From positions 1,408,001 through 1,472,000 of the forward strand of contig OZ242214.1 in the NCBI GenBank assembly GCA_965206595.1: 64,000 nucleotides of DNA. The letters run 5' to 3'. Within the stretch, counting starts at the first letter, position 1. Each line of letters starts with the position of its first letter. Positions 20,499 through 31,434 of the stretch are shown here, piece after piece. The position numbers were made by a program, and so were the translations under genes. The DNA comes from Candidatus Latescibacterota bacterium (lineage in GTDB: Bacteria > Latescibacterota > UBA2968 > UBA8231). The notes below the pieces were generated by a model that saw nothing but the letters and a program-made list of their open reading frames with translations, searched no databases and was not told where the DNA came from.

Positions 20499-20810
20499 TC
20501 AGGTGCGGGGTGGGGCGCGATTCCCGAAAGAATAGCCGCGGAAGAAAAGCGGCGGCGGGACGGACCAGATGACCTGGTGGCGGGTGCGGGGTCCGGCGAG
20601 CAGGAGGGCGAGTGCAAGGATGACGCCGACGAGCAGCACCAAGCTGCTCTCGAGCATGCGGGCCGGGCAGTTTTCCGGTTCGGTCGATCCTGCGTGGAAT
20701 AGCTGATGACCAAACGGGAGTGTAAGGAAAAGTCCGATCAGCAGGGCGGCAAAGCAGAGCACCGCGAGATTCGCGAGCCCTCGACAGCCTCTGTGGTATC
20801 CGGTAAGCAA
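20499..20810 (-). CDS. DUF2946-like small leader protein with C-terminal RAPP motif
   Basis: Hydrophobic N-segment, HQLFH...CPAR, second hydrophobic segment, ends NRAPPRT; lies upstream of the lipoprotein/TonB genes. Start codon uncertain. Confidence 0.68.
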   Translation of the reverse strand: MLTGYHRGCRGLANLAVLCFAALLIGLFLTLPFGHQLFHAGSTEPENCPARMLESSLVLLVGVILALALLLAGPRTRHQVIWSVPPPLFFRGYSFGNRAPPRT

Positions 20811-21459
20811 TGGTCGTCAACCTTGCTGTCAATGTACTCCTGCTGACGGTGAACCGTCAAAGTCGGGCAGGAGGGTCCTCAGTGGCATCCAGTCGGGCGC
20901 GGCCTTACTTCCAACCGGCATCCACCAGGCAGCTCCGTTCGCTCCCGACGCCATTTGGCCAGGGCAGGCTTTGGCAATGCGTAGTTCGGAAAACCATGGT
21001 GCTCGGGGGTGAGAGTCGCTTTGGAGGCGAGAGCGGCCAGCAGACCAAAAGGGGCCACTTAATCTGCTCTGCCAGCGGCGGACAAAGGGCCGGTCCAGCT
21101 GTATGGGAATCCTGCCGGGGACCAACAGCCCCCGGCAATAGTGTTCGTGACCGACGGCATCTACCACACCCTGTCGAGGTTCGCACCTGCTGTTGGGGAA
21201 ATGACCGAGGAGGAGCTGGAGGTTGCCCTGGATGCCATAATGCCTTGCTGAGGGGATTCGATGAAATTCATCAGCGACCGCGCCTGCTCGGATTTGGCAG
21301 CAACAGAGGGAGGCGTTCGTCCCCGCTGTGCCGGCTGCCCTCCCATTGGGCCAGGGCGGCTTTACGGCTGCCTTGTCGTCGCGCTCAATATCAGTCTGCT
21401 ACACTATCGGCGATCGGATTTCGAACGGAAAAGAAACGAAACGACTGGAATGGTTTCTC

Positions 21460-21780
21460 ATGCGAAAAGAAACGGAATACTCCTGGAAGGAGCATCGCGT
21501 CCTTCGGGGTGACGGCCGGGGCGGATACGTCGTTCATCCGGCGCAGTACCGGTTCGTGCCCCGCTACCGGGGGGTGAAGGTCCTCCCCTTCGGGCTGGCC
21601 GCCACGGACAACGGGGAGATTCTGCTAACGGGGGCGGCGAGAACCGGCCGCGGTCCGTCGGTGTACGGAGAGACCGTGGCTTCCATTAGCGCCGACCTCG
21701 GGGTTACCTGGAGCGAGTACGAAACCGCGGGGTTCGGTCCGGCCGTGCGCCTGACCTTGCTCGGCCGCGGCAGGCCTCTT
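21460..21780 (+). pseudogene. N-terminal fragment of an Asp-box (BNR/sialidase-like) protein
   Basis: ATDNGEILL and SADLGVTW (Asp-box), after which similarity is lost. Confidence 0.6.
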
Positions 21781-21800
21781 ATCGAGACTGGCTGCGCCCC

Positions 21801-22010
21801 TTGCTCGCCGAGCTTCCAGGGGCGCGCTTGGCTATCGTCGGGGGATGCCCGTCCCGGGAGGACCTCGAGCGGTTCTTTGCGGGCACGCCCACGGTGTTCG
21901 TCGGATACCTGCAAGGGGAGGAGCTCGCCCACGCCTACGCCAGCGCCGACCTCTTCGCCTTTCCCTCGGCCAGCGAGACCTTCGGCAACGTCGTCCTCGA
22001 AGCCGCGACC
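21801..22010 (+). pseudogene. Internal fragment of a GT4 glycosyltransferase
   Basis: [41 protein letters not shown] (EX7E motif), with no N- or C-terminus. Confidence 0.8.
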
Positions 22011-22029
22011 TTCCGGCAGTGGCAGGCAT

Positions 22030-24465
22030 TCAATCTGCTTTCGTTTCCTCCGATGCCTCGATCCACGGCGCCAGTTCCGTCCCCAGTCCGGGATCCAACT
22101 CAACGGCTCTTTGGAGGTGGAACAAAGCCTGGTCCCGATGATCCGGGATGGGGGCAAGGATCTGCCCCAGGCCTCCATGGACACGCGCTTGTTTGTCGTC
22201 CAGCTTCAAGGACAGCTCGAGAAACTTAGCAGCATTCTCGTGGCTGTTCTCGCGAAGTGCGATATGCGACAGGAAATTGTACGCCTTGGGAAGTGGATGA
22301 ATCCGGATTGACAACGACAGTAGTTCGGCCGCGGTTACCTTTGCTCCGCGGTCGTATAGATTCAGGGATAGAATTGAATATTGATTCGCCAGCCAGGATG
22401 TATCACTAGTGGGCTGGGAGGCTTGGCGAGCCCCTTCCTCAAGTACGGAAAAGGACAAGCCGGGCAAACCAAGTTCAACCAGACTCATCCCACTTGCCCA
22501 GAAATACAGATACTGAAAGCGATCCACGGTCCCGGTCAGGTACAGTTCCATTGCCTCTTTGTCTGACTGCCCCATCCGCTTCAGAACCTCCGCTTCGACG
22601 AGATGGGCAACCTTCGACTGGGGCAACTGCCTTTTCGCTTCTGAGATCGCCCGCAGGCTCGCGTTGAGGTCCCCTTCCCGAAGGGCGGAAGCCGCGGTTT
22701 CCAGTAAAGGATCGGCACAATACGGGCTTGTCGGCATCCGCTCCTGAAAATGCGTCCAGGCTGCTTGCCACTCTGTTTCATCCTTTCTGAAGACCATGAC
22801 AGCCGGGTGGTCGAAGCCGGTGAACGACGGTTCGCTCCCATCGTCCCGGAATTCCAGGCCGCCGATGGAAGGGTAGTTTTTGAAACGGCGGACCAAGTCA
22901 AAACCCAGATCGCCCTCCACCAGCGCCTCGTATAATGCCGCCCCGCCCGGAATCAGCTCCGGGACTGCGGTGAAATGCTGATAGCGGTTGACGTCGGTGA
23001 TGACGATATAGTCCAGAGCGTCCAACTGCCTCTTCAGCCAATAGAGCTCTCCTTTGCAGGTCGCGAATCCGCGGAATTGGAAGAGCATCAACGTTTGGAA
23101 AGCACCGATTTGGAATTTTGCGGGATCGATCATACCCCGCATGGAGAAGGCGCCCCGTTCGACTCCGATACTGCTGTTGGCCGGGACATGGTCGTTTATC
23201 CACCGGGCAGTCTGGACGCGGCTGTCCTCACGGGTATAGAGGCTGGCAAAGGCAACGCCGTACAGTGCGCTGTACGCGAACACCGCGGCGCAGATGCCGA
23301 CGGCGAGCATGCGCACCCGGACGAAGCGGGGAGAGCGGACGAACCAGACGCAGAAGTCGGCTGCCAATAGGGCGAGGAAAGGGAGCAGGGGCAGGAGATA
23401 CCGTATGTGCTTGGTATGCAGGCCGCCGATCAGGAAAAAGTAGATCCCCGCCCAGAGCAGGATAAGTCCATTTCGATGGTTCCTTTTCCAAAGGCCGCGG
23501 GATATCCCGAGAAGGAAGAGGAGGGTAAGAGGCCAGCCCACTCCCAGGGGCCACAGGTGGGTCCAATAATGCAGGTATGGGACGGTGTGAACATCCACCA
23601 GGCTCCAGGGAACGAGACGCTCTCCCCGAGCCACTATCATCGAATATCCCAGGTCGTCGGAGGAATGGGCCCGGAAAATCAGGTCCCAGTCCGTAACGAG
23701 AAACGGCTGGAGCGCCAGCAGGGCCAGCACCGCGGCGAGACCTGCCATCCAAATCCGGGGTGCCAGGACTGCCTTCAGGTGTCGCTGGCGAACCAGATGG
23801 CCGGCCAGCAGCACGAGCCCCACCGACAGGCCGATCAGGCGGACGGCCCCACTGAGCCCTATCAGAAAACCGGACCATATGAACCACCGCCTGTCATCCT
23901 TTTCTAGTGCATTCAAAAGGGCGTGAACCGCGGCCAGGACAAGCAGAGCGAACAGCCCGTCGACGGTGTAGAAATGGGCGAGCTGGATCGCCAGCGGGGC
24001 TACGGCAACGATGAAGACAGCTAGCAGCCCGGTCAGCTCACCGAACCAGCGAACCCCGGCCAGCCAGACCAGGTACAGCGTCAGGCAGGAGACCAGCACC
24101 GCAAGGGTGCGGGCAGTGAGATATACATACCGGACATCATCGGGCGATTCCTGAGATTTGAAGTCGCGGCCGAGAACGATCCGGTTGAGCTCCAGGAAGC
24201 CCCGCAAGAGATAGACAGGGAGCGTGCCGTAGCTGGTCAGCTCTGGGGCGAACGGGTCGATGGGACCCAGGGCAGCCTGGACGAGAGTGGTTTCATCCGG
24301 ATGGAAATGGTAGAATGCTCTGTCGCCTGTGGACTGGTTTGGTCCAGGCAGCACGAAGGAGCTGTCCCCCCGGGTCAACCCTGCGAAGCGCAGCGAGCAG
24401 CCCAGTACGAGGCATATAGCCAGAAAGAGGGAAGGGACTCGGGTTTTCTTTCTATGTCCACTCAT
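22030..24465 (-). CDS. GT-C (ArnT/PMT-like) membrane glycosyltransferase with C-terminal TPRs
   Basis: [36 protein letters not shown]; many TM helices; TPR-like tail. Confidence 0.85.
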   Translation of the reverse strand: MSGHRKKTRVPSLFLAICLVLGCSLRFAGLTRGDSSFVLPGPNQSTGDRAFYHFHPDETTLVQAALGPIDPFAPELTSYGTLPVYLLRGFLELNRIVLGRDFKSQESPDDVRYVYLTARTLAVLVSCLTLYLVWLAGVRWFGELTGLLAVFIVAVAPLAIQLAHFYTVDGLFALLVLAAVHALLNALEKDDRRWFIWSGFLIGLSGAVRLIGLSVGLVLLAGHLVRQRHLKAVLAPRIWMAGLAAVLALLALQPFLVTDWDLIFRAHSSDDLGYSMIVARGERLVPWSLVDVHTVPYLHYWTHLWPLGVGWPLTLLFLLGISRGLWKRNHRNGLILLWAGIYFFLIGGLHTKHIRYLLPLLPFLALLAADFCVWFVRSPRFVRVRMLAVGICAAVFAYSALYGVAFASLYTREDSRVQTARWINDHVPANSSIGVERGAFSMRGMIDPAKFQIGAFQTLMLFQFRGFATCKGELYWLKRQLDALDYIVITDVNRYQHFTAVPELIPGGAALYEALVEGDLGFDLVRRFKNYPSIGGLEFRDDGSEPSFTGFDHPAVMVFRKDETEWQAAWTHFQERMPTSPYCADPLLETAASALREGDLNASLRAISEAKRQLPQSKVAHLVEAEVLKRMGQSDKEAMELYLTGTVDRFQYLYFWASGMSLVELGLPGLSFSVLEEGARQASQPTSDTSWLANQYSILSLNLYDRGAKVTAAELLSLSIRIHPLPKAYNFLSHIALRENSHENAAKFLELSLKLDDKQARVHGGLGQILAPIPDHRDQALFHLQRAVELDPGLGTELAPWIEASEETKAD

Positions 24466-24754
24466 GGGTGGTTTTTTACGAACAGCATGACCGGGGCATG
24501 ATGGCTGCCGGTTCAGTCCCATCGATACGTGGAAAGTCCGCCATCAGTTGCAGTTCTTGTCGGCATTTTTAGCAAGGGTGGCAGGGCAGCGAACCTCTGG
24601 AGGAAGCAGGGCGGATGATGACTGCGGGACATCGGGGGTGGGAGGGACTGAGGGAAAGGGGGGGGACAGCTGCCCGGCGGCAGCCCTGTCGGGCACAGCT
24701 TCGTTTCCGCCCGAGACAGTTAGTGGCGGACCTCGGCGGCAATAGCGATTCCCG

Positions 24755-25507
24755 CTACGCCACCCGCTGGCCGCCCCGCAGCACCGGCAGCCGATCCCCC
24801 CAGGGCTCGCCGGTGCGCACCAGGACCGGGTCGGGCACGTGGTACTGGGGCACATAAGCCCGCCGCGGCCGGTCCCTGGAGGTATTGGGACCGCTGCGAT
24901 GCAACAGCAGCGATGAGAACACCGCCACCTGCCCGGCGCGCATCTCCACCGGAATGGCCCCGTCGTCATCCACCTGGGCGTTCTTGCCCCCGTAGCGTTG
25001 CTCGTCCTCCTCTTCCGTTACGTGCTCGAGCACGCCGCGCCTGTGGGATCCGGGAATGATCCATATGCAGCCGTTCTCGAGGTCGGAGTCGGAGATCGCC
25101 GTCCAGCAGGTGATGTACTCCAGCGGCTCCGTCTTCGTATAGCCTGAATCCTGGTGCCAGTCGAAAACCTTGCCGAGGCCTCCGGGCATTTTCGTCGTCG
25201 CCTGGTTGTAGTAGAGATCCACATCCTCCCCGATTAGGAGGCGGCAGGCTTCCAGGTAAACCGGCTTCCTGAGGAAATCGAGCGCCACCGGGCTCAGGGT
25301 GTGAAACTGGGAGAACGAGCGGCGTCCGCGAGCGCTTTCCACCGCCGGGGCATCCCCAAGGGCCTCCGCCTCGCGCACGTGCTCGGCGTATACCCGGTCC
25401 ATCTCCGCCGCCATCGGTTCGAGCTCCCCAGGAGAAAAAACCACGCCGGTAACGAAGTAGCCCAGCTCGCGAAACTGCTGCACTTCTTCAGTGCTGATCA
25501 GGGTCAT
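24755..25507 (-). CDS. PhyH-family dioxygenase
   Basis: FRELGY, WHQDSGY, ENGCIWIIPGSH, LHRSGPN. Confidence 0.92.
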   Translation of the reverse strand: MTLISTEEVQQFRELGYFVTGVVFSPGELEPMAAEMDRVYAEHVREAEALGDAPAVESARGRRSFSQFHTLSPVALDFLRKPVYLEACRLLIGEDVDLYYNQATTKMPGGLGKVFDWHQDSGYTKTEPLEYITCWTAISDSDLENGCIWIIPGSHRRGVLEHVTEEEDEQRYGGKNAQVDDDGAIPVEMRAGQVAVFSSLLLHRSGPNTSRDRPRRAYVPQYHVPDPVLVRTGEPWGDRLPVLRGGQRVA

Positions 25508-25568
25508 GGGGCACCGCTTTTTGAGAGGTTGCTTCCGGTTGGCCACCCGGGCCCGGAGGAGAAAGAGG

Positions 25569-26090
25569 TCAGTCGCGGGCGTCCGGGGGCGATGAGAAAA
25601 ATCCCTTCAGGGCGACGGCCAGCACCCACAGCAGGCCGAGGATGCACAGACCTGCCGAAGGCACCGCCAGCCATTGCAGCGAAGCCTTGGCCACGCCGGT
25701 GCCCCCCATACCGGGAGCTCTGAGCCCGGCCCACATCCAGAACAGCGGATACAGGACGGCCCCTGCGCCGAGGGCGAGGGCGGCCAACCTTCGGGTCCCG
25801 GGGGAGGCCGGAAGGCAGGATAGCAGGAGAATGAGGGCGAGGGCGGCGGTGCCCAGGCCGTTGGCATGCAGGTGGGCGCGCTTGAAGTAGACCCAGGCCT
25901 TGTCGATGACTTTCTGCATTTTCGCCGCGTCCCCGCCGTAGGCCTGCGGCAGGACCGCTTCCCCTTCGGCCTTGAGATGGGCCTTGATGTCCTCTTCGAA
26001 GGCGCCGAACACAGCCCCCAATCCGAAGCCGTAGCAGAGGGCCAGGAGGGCAAGGAGCGTCCCGAACTTCATCGGCGTGATTTTTCCCAT
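25569..26090 (-). CDS. Hypothetical membrane protein
   Basis: Four hydrophobic segments and an FKRAHLHANG motif; start uncertain (26090 or 26126). Confidence 0.7.
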   Translation of the reverse strand: MGKITPMKFGTLLALLALCYGFGLGAVFGAFEEDIKAHLKAEGEAVLPQAYGGDAAKMQKVIDKAWVYFKRAHLHANGLGTAALALILLLSCLPASPGTRRLAALALGAGAVLYPLFWMWAGLRAPGMGGTGVAKASLQWLAVPSAGLCILGLLWVLAVALKGFFSSPPDARD

Positions 26091-26299
26091 GTCGATCAGA
26101 TTGGTATCCAGTCGCGCAGGTGTCAAGACGTCGGCGTGACCGATGCTCGTTCCAGCGAGACCCCCTCAACGACAAGGAGCGGCGCCGGTGCATGAAAAGG
26201 GCCGGCCCCGGGAATGAAATCCAGGACCGGCTCTTCTCGCTTCCTCCTTGTAGAGCGGAGGACCCTCCGGGGAGAGAGAGGGAAATCGCGAACCGTTAC

Positions 26300-27383
26300 T
26301 TACTTGAGCAGTGTCATGCTGCGGGTCTCGATGCCGGCAGGAGACTGCAGACGGTAGAAGTAGGTGCCGCTGGAGAGGCCGTCGCCGCTGAGCTCGACCC
26401 GGTAGGTTCCCGCCTGGCGAAAGTCGCTGACAAGGGTGCCGATGTGCTGGCCGAGGGCATTGTAGAGATTGAGCCGGACCTCTCCCGGCTGCGGGAGCGA
26501 GTACCTGATGGTAGTGGACGGGTTCCAGGGATTGGGATAGTTCTGAACCAGGTAGAAATCGGATGGCGCCCGGAGATCGCGCTTTCGGAAGCGACTACCG
26601 TCTCCACGCCCTGAACGAGGATTCCGAGGTGGTCGAGAAAGGTCCAGCCGGCCATCCAGAGATTGTCGGCGTCGAAGGCCCCGCGATATGCGACTGCCTG
26701 GAAGAAACCGTCATCCGGGGGCGGCACGGCGCCTGACAGGGCCGGGCTGCCGGACATCGGGCGGGGGTCGAGGGCGCCGTCGTTGGTGCGGGAGATGCCG
26801 GTCAGCTGCACGGTACTGTAGCGATCGCCGAGCCCGCGGATGTAGACGTACTTCCCTTCCATTACAGTTGCGCCGGAAACGTGAGACATGGCTTCGGCGG
26901 CATTGCCGCTGCCGGCGCGGGAGATGTCCTCGGAGCTGATCGCATCGCTTACCGCTGGCGCCTTCTGCCGTTCCTTGAGCAGCGATGCCTCGGTGTTTCG
27001 CAGGGCGCGAACCTCGACTACCACCTCGTCGACGGCGATCGCTTCCGAGGTCAGGACGAGATCGAGGCGCAGAACCTCGCCGGCTGCGACCACTGCCTCG
27101 GTTACGGTCACGGTGTTGTAGCCGATCATCGAGCTTTCGATCTCGTAGGTGCCGGCCGGGACGTCGGGGATCCTGAAGTCCCCCTCGATTCCGGTCACCG
27201 TGCCGAACCCGGTCTCCTTGAGGTAGACGTACGCACCGACGAGGGGTCTCCCGTTTCCCCGTCGATGATGTCGCCTGCTACAATACCGGTTTGTGCGCCC
27301 GCTTCCGAGGGCCCGGCGATGGGAAGCAGGGCGCCGAGAAGCAGTGCGCCGAATACCTGGGTCGATCTGTGATTCTGCCGCAT
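26300..27383 (-). pseudogene. Deletion-fusion relic: TonB-receptor N-terminus joined to the C-terminus of a T9SS/FlgD-CTD protein
   Basis: Signal peptide, CarboxypepD-like domain and plug (YVYIRGLGDRYSTVQL), then LDPRP..YRGAF..WMAGWT, then in another frame QNYPNPWNPSTTIRY...SSGTYFYRL...MTLLK*. Frameshifts near 27245 and 26570. Confidence 0.8.
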
Positions 27384-27458
27384 GACGGGTGATTTTCTCC
27401 CAGGAGGTGAAGTGGATCCCACAGCTTGAGAATTGTAACCGGCAGCGATGGAGGGAGA

Positions 27459-27486
27459 GTTACGGAATTGTGACGATTGCGTGTCG
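27459..27486 (-). promoter_or_regulatory. Pho-box/OmpR-type direct repeats (three half-sites, 11-bp period)
   Basis: Minus strand cGACACgcaat-cGTCACaattc-cGTAAC, about 75-100 bp upstream of the relic start. Confidence 0.55.
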
Positions 27487-27577
27487 CCAAAGCGGCTGGG
27501 TGGTTACCACAAGGACGGGCCCCGGCGATCGTAACCGGATCGCTATGAAGAGCCGGGCGCTCCCGCGGTTCAGCGAT

Positions 27578-29587
27578 TCAGTAGGTAAGCGGAAAGGAGG
27601 CTACCGCGGTATCGGTTCCGGAGTCCGCCCTCACGGTAAGGCGCAGCAGGTAAATGCCCGGGGGCAGGAGTCCGCCCGTTTTACGTCCGCGGCCGTCCCA
27701 TGAAGCCCAAAAGCGGCCGCTGCCCCTGCCCGAGGTCTCCAGGTCTGCCACCCGCCTGCCCCTCAGGTCCAGGACCTCCAGGCTCATGGGCACGTTTCCG
27801 GCAAGATTGACCAGCTCGTATTGGATTTCGAGGGCCTCGTTGACCCCGTCCCCGTCGGGAGTGAGGGCCGTGAGGGACAGTTTCTGGATCGAGCGCTTAC
27901 GGGGGTTCCGGGCTCTGACGGTCAGCCCCTGCCCATCTGTCCGCGGGTCGACGTCTCCCGGGGCAATCCGATGGCGGACTTCTCTCGGCCTGGTGCTGTC
28001 GAACACCCTGCCGGAGAACAGGGTAGACGCCTGAAAGACCTCGGCGCGAAAGTCGATCTCGATCGGTTCACCGGTGAGCTGAATATCGATGAAGGGCAGG
28101 CGCACCACGGTGTATCGGCCGTTCCAGGGTTCCACCTCGTACTCGTCGCTGCCGAGGGTTCTCGCTCCGATCCGCACCTCGTCGACGGACGGGGCGACCG
28201 GCACGTCGAACTGAATGCTGTCAAACCCGGAGTCCTCCTCGGAGACGACGGCAAACAGTTTGTAGGTGAAGGAAGTCACCTCCCCGAAGCGGGTCTCCGG
28301 TGGGACGATTTCAGCGGTGATGAGCGAGGCTACCGGGGGTTGGGTGATTTCGAATTGGAGATAGTCCATTCTGCCGCCGGTGTTGCTGGTCGAGCGGAAA
28401 TCGATGGCGAACTGCGCGAACCGGTGCGGCAGGGTGGTGGCGAGATCCAGCCGGCCTGACGCAAACTCCGCGGGAGCAGTCCAGAATTTCCAGTTCTGGC
28501 TGTCGGGGGTGATGCCGGCCGCTTCCCCTCCTTCGAGACGTCCGTAGGCTTGACGGGTCAATTCCACCCCGCCGGCGTCGAAACGCGACCTTCGATCTCC
28601 CCGGAAAGTATTGCGCCAGTATTGGTGCGGGTCTTCGTCGGTGCCGCTGCGGGCGCTGATCCTTACACTGGCTCCGGGGGATGCTTCTCCGTTCCAGTAC
28701 ACGGCGTCGAGGCTTGCCCGGCCGCCCAGGTCGATTATGCCCGAGATGTAACCGGCTTCCGGGACGTACCCGTCGCCGTAGATCTCGAACTCGGCGATCT
28801 CCCACAGGTCCAACGGGGCGGTTAGCACGACCGCCTGAACCGCGCGGCCGATTTCAAGTTCGAACTCGGCACTAGTGTTCTCGAAGTCCTCGAACAGGAC
28901 GTCGAATTCGAGGTGCCCGACCTGAAGCGGAAGCTCGCGCGTCGGGCCGCCGAACTTGAACCGATTCAGCAGTCCCGGCACTTCTCCCGGGCGAATGGGA
29001 CTGCCCTCGGCGACACCTAGTGTCAGCTCGGGTATGAAGCGGTCGTGGGCGTGATCGGGACGGGTTCCGAAGCGGATGCGGCTGATGTTGTAGGGATTGC
29101 CGAGATTGAAGACGAGGATCTTGTAGTCGACAACGCAGTCGCAGCCGGGATCGTACAGGGCCATGGCGTTGTAGCTGCCCGATTGCCCCTCCGAAGACCT
29201 CTTTCCCGCGGAGCCTTCGTACACGCTCGCGGGATTGCCGTCGAACAGATTGTCGATCTGGGGTTCGTTCTGCAGCCGTCCCGCGGTGGTGGAAACGCGG
29301 ACGGAGCCGCCTTTGTCCCGTATCGAGGGGGTCAGGTTTTCGTCGGGAGAAACAAACACCGGGGCGATGGCGCCGTTCTCGAAAGCGATCAGTCGAGTGG
29401 AGCCGAACTCACTGGCGGCGGCCTCCTCCCATGTGATCTGGACCAGATCGACCCCTTCCGGGGCAGGAAGGTCCTGCCCGCCGACGCGGACAATCGTCAG
29501 TGCCCCAGGGTCCCGGGATGACCACAGGAAAACCGAGAGTGCGACAATGAGTGCAGTTGCCGGGTGTTTCAACCCAACCCCGCGCAT
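27578..29587 (-). CDS. Large secreted protein with C-terminal FlgD-Ig-like domain
   Basis: Signal-like N-terminus, WEIAEFEIYGDGY, and C-terminal TPDGDGVNE...DLRGRRV...WDGR...LLPPGIYL. Start uncertain. Confidence 0.8.
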   Translation of the reverse strand: MRGVGLKHPATALIVALSVFLWSSRDPGALTIVRVGGQDLPAPEGVDLVQITWEEAAASEFGSTRLIAFENGAIAPVFVSPDENLTPSIRDKGGSVRVSTTAGRLQNEPQIDNLFDGNPASVYEGSAGKRSSEGQSGSYNAMALYDPGCDCVVDYKILVFNLGNPYNISRIRFGTRPDHAHDRFIPELTLGVAEGSPIRPGEVPGLLNRFKFGGPTRELPLQVGHLEFDVLFEDFENTSAEFELEIGRAVQAVVLTAPLDLWEIAEFEIYGDGYVPEAGYISGIIDLGGRASLDAVYWNGEASPGASVRISARSGTDEDPHQYWRNTFRGDRRSRFDAGGVELTRQAYGRLEGGEAAGITPDSQNWKFWTAPAEFASGRLDLATTLPHRFAQFAIDFRSTSNTGGRMDYLQFEITQPPVASLITAEIVPPETRFGEVTSFTYKLFAVVSEEDSGFDSIQFDVPVAPSVDEVRIGARTLGSDEYEVEPWNGRYTVVRLPFIDIQLTGEPIEIDFRAEVFQASTLFSGRVFDSTRPREVRHRIAPGDVDPRTDGQGLTVRARNPRKRSIQKLSLTALTPDGDGVNEALEIQYELVNLAGNVPMSLEVLDLRGRRVADLETSGRGSGRFWASWDGRGRKTGGLLPPGIYLLRLTVRADSGTDTAVASFPLTY

Positions 29588-29681
29588 CTTTGCATAAAGA
29601 CCCCGGAAACCGCAAGCCGTGCACTGTTGCATTGGAGCGGGACGGGGGGGTTGCAAACCATTGGGCTGGCCGGCGAAGGTG

Positions 29682-31424
29682 TCATTCGTACAGCTCGACC
29701 GCCGTTTCCCCGCGGGCAAAGCGCTGCGCCGTCTGCGCGGCCGACTGGGAGCCGATGCTGCGGCGGGCGTCCGTCGCCCAGCGGGCCAGGCCGACCAGAA
29801 GCTGGCCCCGGGCCGGATGCCCTGCGCAGTGCTCCCACTCGTCGAACACGGTGCGCAGCGTGTGCAGCAGCGACCAGCCGTTGTCGTCCTTGAGAATCGT
29901 CAGGCCGAGCTCGGACAGCAGCCGGTTCCCGGAGTGACCGCTGTTGAGGTAGTCTCGGGTCATGCGGCCGATGTCGCGGATCCGGATCGACTCGACGGCC
30001 TCCAGGATAGCCTGCAGGGCCCCGTCGGCGGCGGGGTTCTCTCCCTGTTCCGGTTCGGAGCCTCGCCCCGGACGCTCGGTAAGTTTCCTGGTCGAGATGT
30101 TGAGCCAGCGGTTGTCGAAGAAGCGCCAGGCCGCGTGATAGCAGGCGCGCGCGGCAATGGCGAAACCGGCCTGTTTCTCAATTGACCTGAGGCTCGAACC
30201 CAGAGCCATTTCCCATGCCAGGTCGTGCCAGCCAGGGCTCATGCCGACCGGCGTGCGCGCCATGCGGTCGGCCGCCAGCAGCACCATGGTCGTGGCGATC
30301 CGGTCTATCGAGGCCCCCTGTCTCAAGACCTCGGAAACGGCCCCGAAGGTCGTGGCGATATCCCCGCTCACCAGGGCATCGGAAAATGCGTTCTCGTCGA
30401 AATCCCCGCCTCCGCCCTGCTTCGATGCCTCTTCGATCACTGCATCGGCGGCGGTGAACAGATCCATGGCCTCGCGCAGCACGTCCATCGGAACGGGCCG
30501 GCCGCGGCCGAGCATCTTTCCGGCGAGGTTGCAGACCAGCTCCTCGCTCAGATCCCATCCGAACTCGTCGAGCAGCTCGGCGAGATGGGTGAGGTTCCTC
30601 AGGTTGTCCTGTTGCCCCAGGAAGTGGGGCAGCACCGCGCACTCCAGCAGCAGGGGAACGATGGCGCCGTCGTGACCCCGCAGGCGGCGCGCGGTTATCA
30701 GGCACTTCTCGATCCCCTCAGGCATCTTGTCGGAAGCGAAGAAGCGAACCCATCCGGCGAGCTTCGGCCAGTCGACCGGCGGCGGCAGAGGTTCCACCTG
30801 AGGGCGGTCCCCCGCCGTTCCCGCGGCGGCCGAGGCTGCCATCATCAGGGGGATCAGGCGGTCCTCCGGCTCGTAGCGCCGCGCCACGTTCAACCCGTTG
30901 ACGAACTGGGCGACGTCGTGGCCCCCGTTCTCGTGCCGGTGGGTGGTGATGTGCCCGCCCATGTGGCGCACGATCAGCTCCAGGGTTTCCCGCTCAGACA
31001 CACCCTTGGCCAGCAGGATGGCGATCGCCTTCGACAGCGTCCAGCTGTCGCCGTTGTTGAGACCCTCCTGCAGCAGCAGGAAGTGGGCGTCGGGGCGCTT
31101 CGAGCCGCCACTGGCCACGTCGACGAAGACAGCCCCGTCCCGCACCTGCACCGGGAAGGTGTCGAGATCGTCGCAGCCCCCCGTAAAGCAGCCACCGCCC
31201 GCCATGTCGTAGCTGTACCCGTGCCAGTCGCAGGTGAGGACGCCTCCGCGGGCGATCCCCCTGGTGAGGGGGTAGCCCATGTGGGGACATTGGTTGTCGG
31301 TCGCATACAGCTCGCCGTCGTGAAGGAACAGGGCGACGCTGTGCCCATCCACCCGCACCGCTTTCGGCTTTCCCTCCTCGACCTCGGCGAGGTCGGCAAC
31401 CCTCGCGAAGCTGTCCTTCATCAT
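29682..31424 (-). CDS. Rieske [2Fe-2S] ferredoxin domain fused to a ~470-aa helical domain (paralogue B)
   Basis: DNQCPHMGYPL...TCDWHG; GAGGAG RBS. Confidence 0.88.
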   Translation of the reverse strand: MMKDSFARVADLAEVEEGKPKAVRVDGHSVALFLHDGELYATDNQCPHMGYPLTRGIARGGVLTCDWHGYSYDMAGGGCFTGGCDDLDTFPVQVRDGAVFVDVASGGSKRPDAHFLLLQEGLNNGDSWTLSKAIAILLAKGVSERETLELIVRHMGGHITTHRHENGGHDVAQFVNGLNVARRYEPEDRLIPLMMAASAAAGTAGDRPQVEPLPPPVDWPKLAGWVRFFASDKMPEGIEKCLITARRLRGHDGAIVPLLLECAVLPHFLGQQDNLRNLTHLAELLDEFGWDLSEELVCNLAGKMLGRGRPVPMDVLREAMDLFTAADAVIEEASKQGGGGDFDENAFSDALVSGDIATTFGAVSEVLRQGASIDRIATTMVLLAADRMARTPVGMSPGWHDLAWEMALGSSLRSIEKQAGFAIAARACYHAAWRFFDNRWLNISTRKLTERPGRGSEPEQGENPAADGALQAILEAVESIRIRDIGRMTRDYLNSGHSGNRLLSELGLTILKDDNGWSLLHTLRTVFDEWEHCAGHPARGQLLVGLARWATDARRSIGSQSAAQTAQRFARGETAVELYE

Positions 31425-31434
31425 GATCTCCTCT

